A stretch of DNA of 64,000 nt from Sphingobacteriales bacterium (GCA_027486795.1 JAIXOI010000006.1:38406-102405); one strand, 5' to 3'; positions 49,016 to 59,844 are shown, numbered from the stretch's first letter. Numbers and translations are program-made. The notes: generated by a model from the letters alone, not told the origin.

Positions 49016-51095
49016 ACGCGACATATTATGGCGAATATATCTAGCTTTCTTCCTAGTGGGGATAGCTGGGGCCGCAGTATTGGTGCAAGCTGCCCGCATA
49101 CAAATGGTGGAGGGCGAGCACTGGCGCAGTTTGGCCGATAGCACCACTTTGGCCTATGTGCCAATTGATGCCGAGCGCGGTAACATACTGAGCAGCGATG
49201 GCAGTTTATTGGCCACCTCTTTGCCTTTTTTTGAAGTTCGTTTCGATATTAATACCGATGCCCTTACCGATGAAATTTTCAATGCTAGTCGTAAAGATTT
49301 GGCTAAGAGAATGTCAGCTTTTTTTGGCGATAAGAGCGCAACAGATTACGAGAATTTCTTGATTAAAGCGCGCCAATCGGGTCAGCGCTATTTGCTTATT
49401 CGCAAAAACGTTACCTACCCCGAGTTACAGATAATGAAAACGTGGCCCATTTTTGAATTGGGCAGGTACAAAGGTGGCTTTATGGCGATACAGCGCAACA
49501 AGCGCGTAATGCCTTTCCGTATGCTGGCGCACCGCACGATTGGTTACACCCGCGACGATATTAAACCAGTTGGCCTTGAAGGATATTTTGACGAGGAGTT
49601 GGCTGGTGTGCGTGGCAAACGCTTAATGCAAAAGATTTCGGGCGGTGCTTGGATACCCGTTAACGACGAGAACGAGATTAGCTCTGATAATGGTAAAGAC
49701 GTACTTACCACGCTGGATGTGAACATGCAGGATGTGGTTGAGTCTGCCTTGCTAAACGCCGTTACCAAACACAATGCCGACCACGGTACTGCCATATTAA
49801 TGGAGGTATCAACCGGTAAAATAAAAGCCATTGCCAACGTAGGCAAAACCAAAGATAGCTACTGGGAAAACTACAACTACGCCATTGGCGAAGCCACTGA
49901 GCCAGGTTCTACTATGAAGTTGGCTGCGGCGTTGTCGTTGTTAGAGGATGGTTACATCAGCTTAGATGATAGTATTGATTTGGAGTTGGGCCAAAAGGAC
50001 TTTTACGACAAAACGATGAAAGATTCGGAAAAGCACAACCTGCGCAATGTGACCATTAAGCATGCTTTTGAAGTATCTAGCAACGTAGCTTTTGCTAAAC
50101 TGATTGATAAGTATTACAGCCATCAGCCAGAGAAATACATTGAGCACCTAAATAAATTTGGGCTGAATGAGTTAACCGGTGTAGAAATTAGCGGCGAGGC
50201 TAGCCCGTATATTAAAGACCCAAGTAGTAGCCATTGGAGCGGCATTTCATTGCCTTGGATGGCAGTGGGCTATGAGTGGCGCCTCACCGCATTGCAAGTG
50301 TTAACCTTTTACAACGCCATTGCAAATGATGGCTATGTGGTAAAGCCATATTTGGTTGATGCGATTCAGAAGAATGGTAAGTTGGTTAAGAAATTTAAAC
50401 CAGAGATTTCTTCTCGCCAAATATGCTCTGATAAGAGTTTGAAGCAGGTAAGGGCTATGTTGGAAGGTGTAATACTTAACGGCACAGGCGAGCACCTTTA
50501 CAGCAAAAACTACAAGTTCGCTGGCAAAACCGGCACTTCGCAAATTGTAAAAAGTGGCCGTTACGAAAAGGTTTACCAAGCCTCCTTTGCAGGTTTCTTC
50601 CCTGCCGAAAAGCCTAAATACTCTTGCATAGTGGTTATCAACTCGCCAAGCAATGGCGTGTTTTATGGCGGTTGGGTAGCAGGCCCAGTGTTCCGAGAAA
50701 TTGCCGACCAAGTGTATGCTCTAGATATGGAAATACACCCGAGCATGAACGAGTATCAAAAATTTGTGGCCGACAAGATACCATTCATAAAAACCGGATT
50801 TAAGCCTGATGCACTGGAGGTATACGAAACCCTTGGTGTGAAATGCGAAACTGAAACTGACGGGCTATGGGTAGGCAGCAAACGGAAAACCAATAACATA
50901 GAACTTACCGAGAACACCATAAACGAAAACCTTGTACCTAATGTGCAAGGCATGGGTTTAAAAGATGCCGTGTATTTGCTTGAGAACTATGGTCTGCAAG
51001 TGCAAGTAAAGGGCAAGGGCCGTGTGCGCCAACAATCTATTAACCCGGGCACCGCTGGTGCCAAGGGCCAAACCATACTAATTGAATTGAGCTAA
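49005..51095 (+). CDS. ftsI: Penicillin-binding protein 3 (FtsI) with PASTA domain
   Basis: RGNI, EPGSTMK (SxxK), SSN, KTGT, VPNVQGM. Confidence 0.93.
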   Translation: MSIKRDILWRIYLAFFLVGIAGAAVLVQAARIQMVEGEHWRSLADSTTLAYVPIDAERGNILSSDGSLLATSLPFFEVRFDINTDALTDEIFNASRKDLAKRMSAFFGDKSATDYENFLIKARQSGQRYLLIRKNVTYPELQIMKTWPIFELGRYKGGFMAIQRNKRVMPFRMLAHRTIGYTRDDIKPVGLEGYFDEELAGVRGKRLMQKISGGAWIPVNDENEISSDNGKDVLTTLDVNMQDVVESALLNAVTKHNADHGTAILMEVSTGKIKAIANVGKTKDSYWENYNYAIGEATEPGSTMKLAAALSLLEDGYISLDDSIDLELGQKDFYDKTMKDSEKHNLRNVTIKHAFEVSSNVAFAKLIDKYYSHQPEKYIEHLNKFGLNELTGVEISGEASPYIKDPSSSHWSGISLPWMAVGYEWRLTALQVLTFYNAIANDGYVVKPYLVDAIQKNGKLVKKFKPEISSRQICSDKSLKQVRAMLEGVILNGTGEHLYSKNYKFAGKTGTSQIVKSGRYEKVYQASFAGFFPAEKPKYSCIVVINSPSNGVFYGGWVAGPVFREIADQVYALDMEIHPSMNEYQKFVADKIPFIKTGFKPDALEVYETLGVKCETETDGLWVGSKRKTNNIELTENTINENLVPNVQGMGLKDAVYLLENYGLQVQVKGKGRVRQQSINPGTAGAKGQTILIELS

Positions 51096-52561
51096 TGAAG
51101 CCATTGAAGGACATATTGAAAGGCATCACCCTGCAGGAAACCGTGGGAGACTTAGCAGTTGCTGTACAGCAACTTAGCTTAGACTCTCGTGAGGTAGCCG
51201 CGGGGACGGCCTTCTTTGCCCTGCGTGGCACTGCAGTTGATGGTCATACCTTCATTACTAAGGCAGTAGCGTTGGGTGCTTCGGCTATTGTTTGTGAGGA
51301 AATGCCTACTGAATTGAAAGCGGGTGTTACTTACGTTAAAGTGGCCAATAGCTCAGTATCATTGGGTTATGCGGCTACTAACTTTTACGACAATCCTTCT
51401 AGCAAACTAAAGCTGGTGGCGGTTACGGGCACCAATGGCAAAACCTCTACGGTTACCATGTGCTACGAGCTGTTCCGCACCTTGGGCTATAAAGTGGGCT
51501 TGCTATCTACCGTGCGCAATTTGATTGACCAAGTAGAAGTGCCAGCCACGCACACCACCCCGAACGCTATTGCTTTAAACGCTTTGTTGTCCGAGATGGT
51601 AGATGCTGGTTGCGCGTTTGCCTTTATGGAAGCCAGCAGTCACGCTATTGTGCAACACCGTACTAGCGGTTTGCAGTTTACAGGTGCAGCCTTTACCAAC
51701 ATTACCCACGACCATTTAGACTACCACGGTACTTTCGATAATTACATTGCTGCTAAAAAGCAGTTGTTCGATGAGTTGCCGAAATCGGCTTTTGCATTAA
51801 CCAATATTGACGAAAAGCGCGGTCGTGTAATGGTGCAGAATACCAATGCCAGCATCAAAACCTATAGCCTTAGCCGTATTGCCGATTTCAAAGGCCGTAT
51901 CGTTGAGAACTCGTTCGATGGTTTGATATTGGATGTGGATGGCGTTGAGATGCACACTCGCTTAATCGGCGAATTCAATGCCTACAACCTAATGACCGTT
52001 TACGGCATAGCCATGCTTTTAGGCGGCGATAAACTTGAAGTGCTAAGCGCCATTAGCAACCTAGCCTCTGCCGAGGGAAGATTCGATTATGTGGTGTCGC
52101 TCAAGCAAAAAATAGTGGGTATAGTGGACTATGCTCATACACCCGATGCACTTAAAAAAGTACTATCAACCATACAAGCCATTCGCACCGGCAACGAGCA
52201 AGTAATAACCGTAGTGGGTTGTGGTGGCAACCGCGACAGAGAGAAGCGCCCAGTGATGGCTCGCATCGCTTGCGAATTGAGCAGCCGCGTAATACTTACC
52301 AGCGATAACCCGCGCAACGAAGATCCAGCCGAGATATTGAGGGAAATGCAAGCGGGTGTAACACCCGTATTTGCCAATCGCGTGCTTACCATACAAGACC
52401 GTAAAGAAGCCATCCGCACTGCATGTGCGTTGGCGCAACCAACCGATATAGTGCTGGTGGCTGGCAAAGGCCATGAGAAGTACCAAGATGTAGCGGGGGT
52501 AAAACACCCTTTTGATGATAAGAGGATTTTGGCTGAAACCCTTAAAGAACTAGACAAGTAA
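51095..52561 (+). CDS. murE: UDP-MurNAc-tripeptide synthetase (meso-DAP type)
   Basis: [41 protein letters not shown]. Confidence 0.97.
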   Translation: MKPLKDILKGITLQETVGDLAVAVQQLSLDSREVAAGTAFFALRGTAVDGHTFITKAVALGASAIVCEEMPTELKAGVTYVKVANSSVSLGYAATNFYDNPSSKLKLVAVTGTNGKTSTVTMCYELFRTLGYKVGLLSTVRNLIDQVEVPATHTTPNAIALNALLSEMVDAGCAFAFMEASSHAIVQHRTSGLQFTGAAFTNITHDHLDYHGTFDNYIAAKKQLFDELPKSAFALTNIDEKRGRVMVQNTNASIKTYSLSRIADFKGRIVENSFDGLILDVDGVEMHTRLIGEFNAYNLMTVYGIAMLLGGDKLEVLSAISNLASAEGRFDYVVSLKQKIVGIVDYAHTPDALKKVLSTIQAIRTGNEQVITVVGCGGNRDREKRPVMARIACELSSRVILTSDNPRNEDPAEILREMQAGVTPVFANRVLTIQDRKEAIRTACALAQPTDIVLVAGKGHEKYQDVAGVKHPFDDKRILAETLKELDK

Positions 52562-53808
52562 TGTTGTACTATCTGTTCACATATCTCGATAAAGTGTTCG
52601 ACCTGCCAGGTGCGGGGCTGTTCCAGTTCATCACCTTTAGGGCGGCTGCGGCTATTCTGGTATCGCTATTAATTTCATTAGTATTTGGTGGCCGTTTGGT
52701 AAACTACCTACGTCGCCGCCAAGTAGGCGAAACCGTTCGCGATTTGGGCTTAGATGGTCAATTGCAAAAGCAAGGTACTCCAACCATGGGTGGCTTAATT
52801 ATTCTAGCGGCCATTTTCATCCCAACAGTTTTATTCGCCAAGTTAGAGAACATCTACATCCTATTGATGCTATTGGTAACCGTATGGATGGGAGCCATTG
52901 GCTTTATTGATGATTACATCAAAGTGTTTAAAAAGGACAAGCGTGGCTTGGCTGGCAAATTCAAAGTGATTGGCCAAGTAAGTTTGGGTTTGATTGTAGG
53001 TTCAGTGCTGTACTTTCACCCGAGTGTTACCGTTCGTGAGCCAGTGGCAGCTACCAACGGGCAAGTGCAAGCAATGGTTAGCCCACAAGGTTTTCAAGCA
53101 GATACCACTACCGTTTATCACGATGTAAAGAAGATTACCACCACTATTCCTTTCGTAAAAGGTAATGAGTTTGATTATACCAGACTAATAAGCTGGATAG
53201 GCCCGGAAGCCGCTACATACGGCTGGTTGATTTTTATTCCGGTGGTTATTTTCATTATAACCGCAGTAAGCAACGGTGCCAATATTACTGATGGCATTGA
53301 TGGCTTGGCTACGGGCACTTCGGCTATTGCGGCTTTTACTTTGCTAGTATTTGCCTATATATCGGGTAACATCGTATTCTCCAACTACCTAAGCATTATG
53401 TACTTGCCACAAACCGGCGAGCTAGTAATTTTCATTGCTGCCTTCATTGGTGCTTGCGTGGGTTTTCTTTGGTACAACTCATTTCCAGCCCAAGTATTTA
53501 TGGGCGATACAGGTAGTTTGGCTTTGGGCGGCATCATCGCTGTACTGGCTATTATCGTTCGTAAAGAGCTGCTTATCCCAATTCTATGTGGGGTGTTTGT
53601 TGCCGAAAACTTATCGGTAATGCTACAGGTAGGCTATTTCAAATACACCAAGAACAAATACGGCGAGGGTCGTCGCATATTCAAAATGGCCCCGCTTCAT
53701 CACCATTTTCAAAAATTGGGCATGCACGAGTCTAAAATCGTTACCCGCTTCTGGATAGTAGGTATCATGTTGGCCGTGCTCACCATTGTAACTTTAAAAA
53801 TCCGTTAG
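52561..53808 (+). CDS. mraY: Phospho-MurNAc-pentapeptide transferase
   Basis: [38 protein letters not shown]. Confidence 0.97.
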   Translation: MLYYLFTYLDKVFDLPGAGLFQFITFRAAAAILVSLLISLVFGGRLVNYLRRRQVGETVRDLGLDGQLQKQGTPTMGGLIILAAIFIPTVLFAKLENIYILLMLLVTVWMGAIGFIDDYIKVFKKDKRGLAGKFKVIGQVSLGLIVGSVLYFHPSVTVREPVAATNGQVQAMVSPQGFQADTTTVYHDVKKITTTIPFVKGNEFDYTRLISWIGPEAATYGWLIFIPVVIFIITAVSNGANITDGIDGLATGTSAIAAFTLLVFAYISGNIVFSNYLSIMYLPQTGELVIFIAAFIGACVGFLWYNSFPAQVFMGDTGSLALGGIIAVLAIIVRKELLIPILCGVFVAENLSVMLQVGYFKYTKNKYGEGRRIFKMAPLHHHFQKLGMHESKIVTRFWIVGIMLAVLTIVTLKIR

Positions 53809-53811
53809 TCC

Positions 53812-55149
53812 GTGGGTAAAAAACTAGTCATACTGGGTGGTGCGGAGAGTGGGGTAGGAGCAGCAGTGCTCGGCCTTAAGAAGGGCTATGAGGTATTTGT
53901 GTCTGATAATGGTATTATCAAAGACCGTTACAAACCACTATACCAACGCTTCAACATCGAGTTCGAAGAAGGCGGCCACACCGAGGCTAGGCTTTTCGAA
54001 GCTGATTTGATTGTGAAGAGCCCAGGCATCCCTGAGAAAGCAGGTATTATCAAAAAACTTCGCGACAAGGGTAAAACCATTATCTCTGAAATTGAATTTG
54101 CCAGCCGCTATACCAATGCCAAAATCATTGCCATAACTGGCAGCAATGGCAAATCAACTTGCACGAGCCTTACTTACCACATCCTTAAAAGGGCAGGTTT
54201 CAAAGTAGGTTTGGCGGGCAATATCGGCCAGAGCTTTGCATTGCAAGTAGCCTTAGAAAAATTTGACTATTACGTAGTGGAAGTGAGCAGCTTTCAGTTG
54301 GACGACATCGGTCCTAGTTTCAAGCCAAATGTTGCAGTGCTACTCAACATTACCCCAGACCACTTGGATAGGTACGACTATAAGTTCGAGAACTATGTAG
54401 CCAGCAAATTCAAGATTATCCAAAATCAAGACAAGAACGATCACTTCATCTATTGCGCCGATGACCACGTGGTATCTGAAGTATTGCGCACCAATGAAAT
54501 AGCGGCCCAGACTTACGCCTTTGGCCTGGAACACCAACCAGAGTATGTGGCCTACACCGAAGAAGACCAACTCATCATTAACTATAAAACCGAATTTAAG
54601 ATGTCAATTAACGAACTAGCCCTAGTAGGAAAGCATAACGTTTACAATTCAATGGCCGCAGGGATTGCAGCCCGTATATACGACATCCGTAAAGAGGTTA
54701 TCCGCGAGAGTTTGTCTGATTTTCAGAGCCTTGACCACCGTTTGGAGTTTGTAGCCAAAGTAGGTGGCGTAGAGTATATCAACGACTCAAAAGCAACTAA
54801 TGTGAACAGCACTTGGTATGCCTTAGAAAGCATGACCAAACCAGTTATCTGGATAGTGGGTGGTGTTGACAAAGGCAACGACTACGAGATTTTGAAAGCC
54901 ATTGTGCAGAAGAAAGTAAAAGCGATTGTTTGCCTAGGCGAAAATAACCTGCGCATACACGAAGCTTTTTCTCGCTACGTAGATATTTTGGTGAATACCA
55001 TGAGTGCCGAAGATGCGGTACAATCAGCGCACAACCTAGCCGACAAAGGCGATGTGGTTTTGCTATCACCGGCCTGCGCCAGTTTCGATTTGTTCGAAAA
55101 CTATGAAGACCGTGGTAACCAGTTTAAAGCTAGCGTGCGAGCACTTTGA
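53812..55149 (+). CDS. murD: UDP-MurNAc-L-Ala--D-Glu ligase
   Basis: KSPGI, TGSNGKST, EVSSFQL, PDHLDRY, NDSKATN, SPACASFD. Confidence 0.97.
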   Translation: MGKKLVILGGAESGVGAAVLGLKKGYEVFVSDNGIIKDRYKPLYQRFNIEFEEGGHTEARLFEADLIVKSPGIPEKAGIIKKLRDKGKTIISEIEFASRYTNAKIIAITGSNGKSTCTSLTYHILKRAGFKVGLAGNIGQSFALQVALEKFDYYVVEVSSFQLDDIGPSFKPNVAVLLNITPDHLDRYDYKFENYVASKFKIIQNQDKNDHFIYCADDHVVSEVLRTNEIAAQTYAFGLEHQPEYVAYTEEDQLIINYKTEFKMSINELALVGKHNVYNSMAAGIAARIYDIRKEVIRESLSDFQSLDHRLEFVAKVGGVEYINDSKATNVNSTWYALESMTKPVIWIVGGVDKGNDYEILKAIVQKKVKAIVCLGENNLRIHEAFSRYVDILVNTMSAEDAVQSAHNLADKGDVVLLSPACASFDLFENYEDRGNQFKASVRAL

Positions 55150-55151
55150 GC

Positions 55152-55315
55152 ATGCACAATGTACAATGTACGATGTACAAAGTACAATGTTTAAAATTGA
55201 AGGATGAGTAGGAGTATAAAATGAGTTGGCTTGAAATGTTAGGAAAGTACTAATCGAAAGGAGATAATCAATACATAAAACTATATCGTACTTTGTACCT
55301 CGTACATCGTACATC
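55152..55315. repeat. Inverted pair of heptamer arrays (ATGTACA)n / (TCGTACA)n inside the dcw operon
   Basis: ATGCACA ATGTACA ATGTACG ATGTACA AAGTACA ATGTTTA at 55152-55193; TCGTACT TTGTACC TCGTACA TCGTACA at 55286-55313; about 92-bp spacer. Confidence 0.88.
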
Positions 55316-55325
55316 AATTTTGAAG

Positions 55326-56537
55326 ATGGAACAACTGCTTAAAAAACTGGAAGGGGATAAATGGATTTGGGCCATAGTGGCTGCCCTATCCCTTTTAAGT
55401 TTGTTGGCAGTGTACAGCAGCACAGGCACATTGGCCTATAAATATCAAAGCGGTAACGCAGAATATTATTTGCTTAAGCACACCATGTTGTTAATGTTTG
55501 GGTTGTTTTTGATGTACGTGGCACATTTAATGCCTTATCGCTGGTATGCCCGTATCGCACAAATAGCGTTGTATGCATCTATTCCTTTGTTGGCGTATAC
55601 ACTAATTTTCGGTTCGGATATTAACGATGCGAAACGTTGGATTACCTTGCCTCTTATCAATCTTAGTTTCCAAACCAGCGATTTGGCCAAGCTGGCGTTG
55701 TTGATGTTTTTGGCACGTACGCTTACCGTTAAGCAGCAAAACATAAAAGACTTTGGTTCAGCGTTTGTGCCAGTTATATTGCCGGTTTTTGTGGTGTGTG
55801 CGCTTATTATGCCTGCCAACCTATCTACGGCAGCGGTGCTATTTACCACTTGCATTATTGTAATGTTCATTGGTAGGGTTAGCTGGAAACATATCATTGG
55901 GCTAATTGTATTGAGTGTAGTTTCGGGTGCATTGTTTGTAGCGCTGTTGTTTGCATTGCCAAAAGAGATGCTAAACGAAACGGGCCGTATGGGTACTTGG
56001 CGAACTAGGATTGAATCGTTTACCGATAGTAGTCAAGAACTATCGTATCAAGCCCAGCAATCTAAAATCGCGATTTCAAAAGGTGGATTTATCGGTCAAG
56101 GGCCGGGCAAGAGTATGCAGCGCAACTTTTTGCCACACCCGTATTCCGATTTTATTTACGCCATTATTATAGAAGAGTATGGCCTTATAGGCGGTGCATT
56201 TGTGCTGTTCTTGTACTTGGCTTTTTTATATCGTTGTATCCGTATAGTTGCCAAAAGCCCGAAAGCTTTTGGTGCATTTTTGGCCGTGGGTTTGGGGTTG
56301 AGCTTGGTGTTCCAGGCCATCATCCACATGGCCGTATCTGTAAACCTGCTGCCTGTAACGGGATTGACCCTCCCCTTTGTGAGTATGGGCGGCACAAGCA
56401 TGTTTTTTACCAGCATTGCCGTGGGCATTATTTTGAGTGTTAGCCGCAGTGTTGACCAGGAAACCGCAGCAGATATTAACCCTGAAGAAGCAGAAGACAA
56501 ACCAACCAAAACCGTAGGTAAACTTGCAACAGCATAA
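55326..56537 (+). CDS. ftsW: Peptidoglycan glycosyltransferase FtsW
   Basis: AKRWI, FQTSDLAK, LPHPYSDFI, GLTLPFVSMGGTS; start refined to ATG 55326. Confidence 0.95.
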   Translation: MEQLLKKLEGDKWIWAIVAALSLLSLLAVYSSTGTLAYKYQSGNAEYYLLKHTMLLMFGLFLMYVAHLMPYRWYARIAQIALYASIPLLAYTLIFGSDINDAKRWITLPLINLSFQTSDLAKLALLMFLARTLTVKQQNIKDFGSAFVPVILPVFVVCALIMPANLSTAAVLFTTCIIVMFIGRVSWKHIIGLIVLSVVSGALFVALLFALPKEMLNETGRMGTWRTRIESFTDSSQELSYQAQQSKIAISKGGFIGQGPGKSMQRNFLPHPYSDFIYAIIIEEYGLIGGAFVLFLYLAFLYRCIRIVAKSPKAFGAFLAVGLGLSLVFQAIIHMAVSVNLLPVTGLTLPFVSMGGTSMFFTSIAVGIILSVSRSVDQETAADINPEEAEDKPTKTVGKLATA

Positions 56538-57630
56538 CCCATATCGCATACTTATAAGCGGCGGCGGCACTGGCGGGCACATTTTCCCAGCCATAGCTAT
56601 AGCCAATGCTTTGAAAGCCCGCGACCCGCGAACAGCGTTTCTGTTTGTTGGCGCCGAGGGCCGTATGGAAATGCAAAAGGTACCTGAGGCTGGTTATGCC
56701 ATTGAAGGCTTGAATATTACTGGTTTTCAACGTGGCAATTTGTTGAAGAACTTCAGTTTGCCATTCAAAATTGCCAGCAGCCTAATGAAAGCCAATAGCA
56801 TCATCAGCAACTTTAAGCCCGATGTGGTTGTAGGTGTGGGTGGTTTTGCAAGTGGCCCGGTTATGTGGGTGGGTGCTAAAAAGGGTATACCAGTTTTGGT
56901 ACAAGAGCAAAACCAATTTGCGGGTATGACCAATAAACTGGTAGCCAACAAAGCCAATAAGTTTTGTGTAGCCTACGAAGGCATGGAGCGCTTCTTCCCG
57001 AAGGATAAAATTGTGATAACCGGCAACCCAGTGCGTGCCGAGATATTGAACCGCAACGTTACCCGCCAAGATGCTATAATCCACTTTAACCTAGAACCAA
57101 ACAAAAAGACCATCCTGATTATTGGCGGCAGTTTGGGTGCAAGGGCTGTTAACAATGCCATCAAAAAGGATATTGCACTGTTGCAAAATAGCGGACACCA
57201 AGTACTTTGGCAAACGGGCAAAATATACTTCGAGGAAATGAAAGCCGCTGCACAAGACTATGCCGATGTGCATGCCATGGAGTTTATAAAGCGCATGGAT
57301 TTAGCCTATGAAGTAGCCGATGTCATTATCTCTCGCGCTGGTGCTATTTCTATTTCGGAGTTGTGCTTAGTGGGTAAGCCAGTTATTTTGCTGCCTAGCC
57401 CCAACGTAACCGAAGACCACCAAACATACAACGCGCAAGCATTAGTGGATAAGAGTGCGGCGATTATGATAAAAGATGCAGTTGCTAACCAAGAGCTAGT
57501 GCCTGCAGTATTGGCATTGCTTAGCGATAACCAACAGCAACAACTCCTGGCAGAAAATATTAAAAAACTAGGTATAGCTAATGCAACTGAGCGTATTGCT
57601 GACGAAGTAATAAAATTGATTAAGAAATGA
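56524..57630 (+). CDS. murG: Lipid II GlcNAc transferase
   Basis: GGGTGGHIFP, GGFAS, EQN, TGNPVR, GGSLGA, SRAGA, HQ..NA. Confidence 0.97.
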   Translation: MQQHNPYRILISGGGTGGHIFPAIAIANALKARDPRTAFLFVGAEGRMEMQKVPEAGYAIEGLNITGFQRGNLLKNFSLPFKIASSLMKANSIISNFKPDVVVGVGGFASGPVMWVGAKKGIPVLVQEQNQFAGMTNKLVANKANKFCVAYEGMERFFPKDKIVITGNPVRAEILNRNVTRQDAIIHFNLEPNKKTILIIGGSLGARAVNNAIKKDIALLQNSGHQVLWQTGKIYFEEMKAAAQDYADVHAMEFIKRMDLAYEVADVIISRAGAISISELCLVGKPVILLPSPNVTEDHQTYNAQALVDKSAAIMIKDAVANQELVPAVLALLSDNQQQQLLAENIKKLGIANATERIADEVIKLIKK

Positions 57631-59060
57631 ACCTAGGAACGGTACATAGCGTATTTTTCATCGGCATTGGCGGCATTGGTATGAGCTCCTTGGCACGGTA
57701 CTTTCGCCACATTGGCGCGAAGGTGGCTGGCTATGACCGCACGGAAACCGCCCTTACCAAGCAATTGGTTGCCGAAGGAATGGCAGTTCATTATGAAGAT
57801 ATTATTGCTTTGATTCCTGCCGATGCAGAGTTGGTTATTTATACCCCTGCTATCCCAAAAGACCATAAGCAATTCAATTACCTAAAAAACGAAGGTAAAC
57901 TGTTGGTATTGAAACGCTCTGAAGTGTTGGAGATTCTCACCAAGGATAAGTTTACCATTGCTATTGGTGGCAGCCACGGCAAAACCACCGTAACCAGCAT
58001 GACAGCTCATGTGCTTACGCACAGCGGCTATGGTTGTACCGCATTTTTGGGTGGTATAGCAACCAACTATCACAGCAACTTTATAGCTGGCAACCCTGAT
58101 GTAATAGTGGTTGAAGCCGATGAGTTTGACCGCTCTTTTTTGCGTTTGCACCCAAATATTACCGTTATTACTGCCGTTGATACCGACCACTTGGACATAT
58201 ACGGTAGCCGCGAGGCTATTGAAGATACTTTTGTAGAGTTTGTAAGCAAACTACAGCCTAACGGTAAAGTGATTGCCCATCAAGACGTTACCATTCTGCC
58301 AAGGATTAAGGATAAAGAAGTATTGACGTATGGCATAATTGATGGAGCAGATTATCAAGCAACGAATATTCAAGTAGCTGGCGGTAAGTTTCAGTTTGAA
58401 GTAGAGAGTGAGTTAGAGAGCGAGCGCGAAAAAAATCAACCCGCAACTAATGTCATACTGAGCGGAGCCGAAGTACGTAACTCGCAACTCGCAACCCTAG
58501 CTATGGGCGGCCGCCACAATGTGCTCAACGCAACTGCTGCCATGGCAGTAGGTTTGCAGTTAGGTATTAGCATGGATAAAATAGCCACCGCCATCACTAG
58601 TTTTAAAGGTATTCAAAGGCGCTTTGAGTATGTTATCAATACTCCCGAGTTGGTTTACATTGACGACTACGCCCACCACCCCGAGGAAATACGTGCCTGC
58701 ATTAGTGGGGTTAGGGAGTTATTTCCGGGTAAGCGCATTACAGCTGTTTTTCAGCCACACTTGTTTAGCCGTACCAACGATTTATATCCTGGTTTTGCCG
58801 AAAGCTTGCAACTGGCCGATGAAGTGATATTGTTGAATATATACCCAGCCCGCGAATTGCCGATGTTGGGCGTTACCAGCGAATTGATATTGAATGCTAT
58901 AGAAGGCACTAGTAAAGAACTAGTAGCCGATGCCAATTTGATAAAAGTTTTAGCCAGCCGCCCTTTGGAGGTTTTGTTGACCATAGGCGCAGGCGATATT
59001 GATAAGCAAGTAGCAAAAATCAAAGATTATTTTACCCCTGAAAACCAAGCGAAAGCATGA
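57627..59060 (+). CDS. murC: UDP-MurNAc--L-Ala ligase, with an apparent ~20-aa repeat-derived insertion
   Basis: GIGGIGMS, GSHGKTT, EADEFDRSF, DHLD, HNVLN, RRF, DDYAHHP, FQPHLFSRT. Confidence 0.97.
   Translation: MNLGTVHSVFFIGIGGIGMSSLARYFRHIGAKVAGYDRTETALTKQLVAEGMAVHYEDIIALIPADAELVIYTPAIPKDHKQFNYLKNEGKLLVLKRSEVLEILTKDKFTIAIGGSHGKTTVTSMTAHVLTHSGYGCTAFLGGIATNYHSNFIAGNPDVIVVEADEFDRSFLRLHPNITVITAVDTDHLDIYGSREAIEDTFVEFVSKLQPNGKVIAHQDVTILPRIKDKEVLTYGIIDGADYQATNIQVAGGKFQFEVESELESEREKNQPATNVILSGAEVRNSQLATLAMGGRHNVLNATAAMAVGLQLGISMDKIATAITSFKGIQRRFEYVINTPELVYIDDYAHHPEEIRACISGVRELFPGKRITAVFQPHLFSRTNDLYPGFAESLQLADEVILLNIYPARELPMLGVTSELILNAIEGTSKELVADANLIKVLASRPLEVLLTIGAGDIDKQVAKIKDYFTPENQAKA
58401..58496. 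repeat. In-frame composite repeat in murC: hexamers, heptamers and a REP-like hairpin
   Basis: GTAGAG AGTGAG TTAGAG AGCGAG; CAACCCG CAACT; TGTCATACTGAGCGGAGCCGAAGTA (20 of 25 nt match 20200-20224); CGTAACT CGCAACT CGCAACC. Confidence 0.8.
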
Positions 59061-59842
59061 AAAGGTTGCTAAGGATAGCGAAGAAAATCATGATTCTGCT
59101 ACTATGGGTAGGGGGTACAGTGGGCTTTGTAGTGCTAGCCAGCGCTGCTATTGCTAAACAGCGTTCAATAGCTTGTAAAAAACTGCACATTCAATTAGAC
59201 AATGACCAAGGCATCTTGTTTGTGGATGAAGAGGATGTACGTAAGGCTTTTACTAAATTAAATGGCCAACAACCAGAGGGTAAACCCATCAAAACCCTTG
59301 ACTTAGCTATACTTGAGGCAGAATTGGAGCGCAACCCTTATATAGCCGAGGCAAACCTTTATGCAGACATACGAGGAGACCTTCACGTGAAGGTTTCGCA
59401 AAGGGAACCGCTACTGCGTATTATTAACAACAACGGTGTTAGCTTCTATATAGATAAAAAGGGGTATAAAATGCCAGTGTCTAGTAAATTTACTTCGCGA
59501 ATCCCTGTGGCGACTGGTTTTATCGACCCAACCCAGGTAAGTAAAGGCAAAGTTGCCGATAGCACGGTGCTGAACGATCTATTTCAACTTGGCCTATTTA
59601 TTGAAAATGACCCTTTCCGCAGCGCATTGGTGGAGCAGATTTATGTAGATGAGCGCGGCGAGTTTGAAATCATCCCCATGATAGGAAACCACAGCGTTCT
59701 TATTGGCAGGGCCGATGATTTGGAAGGGAAGTTTAAACGATTAATGATTTTCTACAAAGAAGTGTTGACCAATGTAGATGAATCAATTTATAAAACGGTC
59801 AACGTTAAGTATAAAGATCAGATCATCTGCACAAAATTCTGA
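59057..59842 (+). CDS. ftsQ: Cell division protein FtsQ
   Basis: N-terminal TM helix, POTRA-like LE..L..NPYI..A, QREP..R; lies before ftsA. Confidence 0.9.
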   Translation: MKRLLRIAKKIMILLLWVGGTVGFVVLASAAIAKQRSIACKKLHIQLDNDQGILFVDEEDVRKAFTKLNGQQPEGKPIKTLDLAILEAELERNPYIAEANLYADIRGDLHVKVSQREPLLRIINNNGVSFYIDKKGYKMPVSSKFTSRIPVATGFIDPTQVSKGKVADSTVLNDLFQLGLFIENDPFRSALVEQIYVDERGEFEIIPMIGNHSVLIGRADDLEGKFKRLMIFYKEVLTNVDESIYKTVNVKYKDQIICTKF

Positions 59843-59844
59843 CC

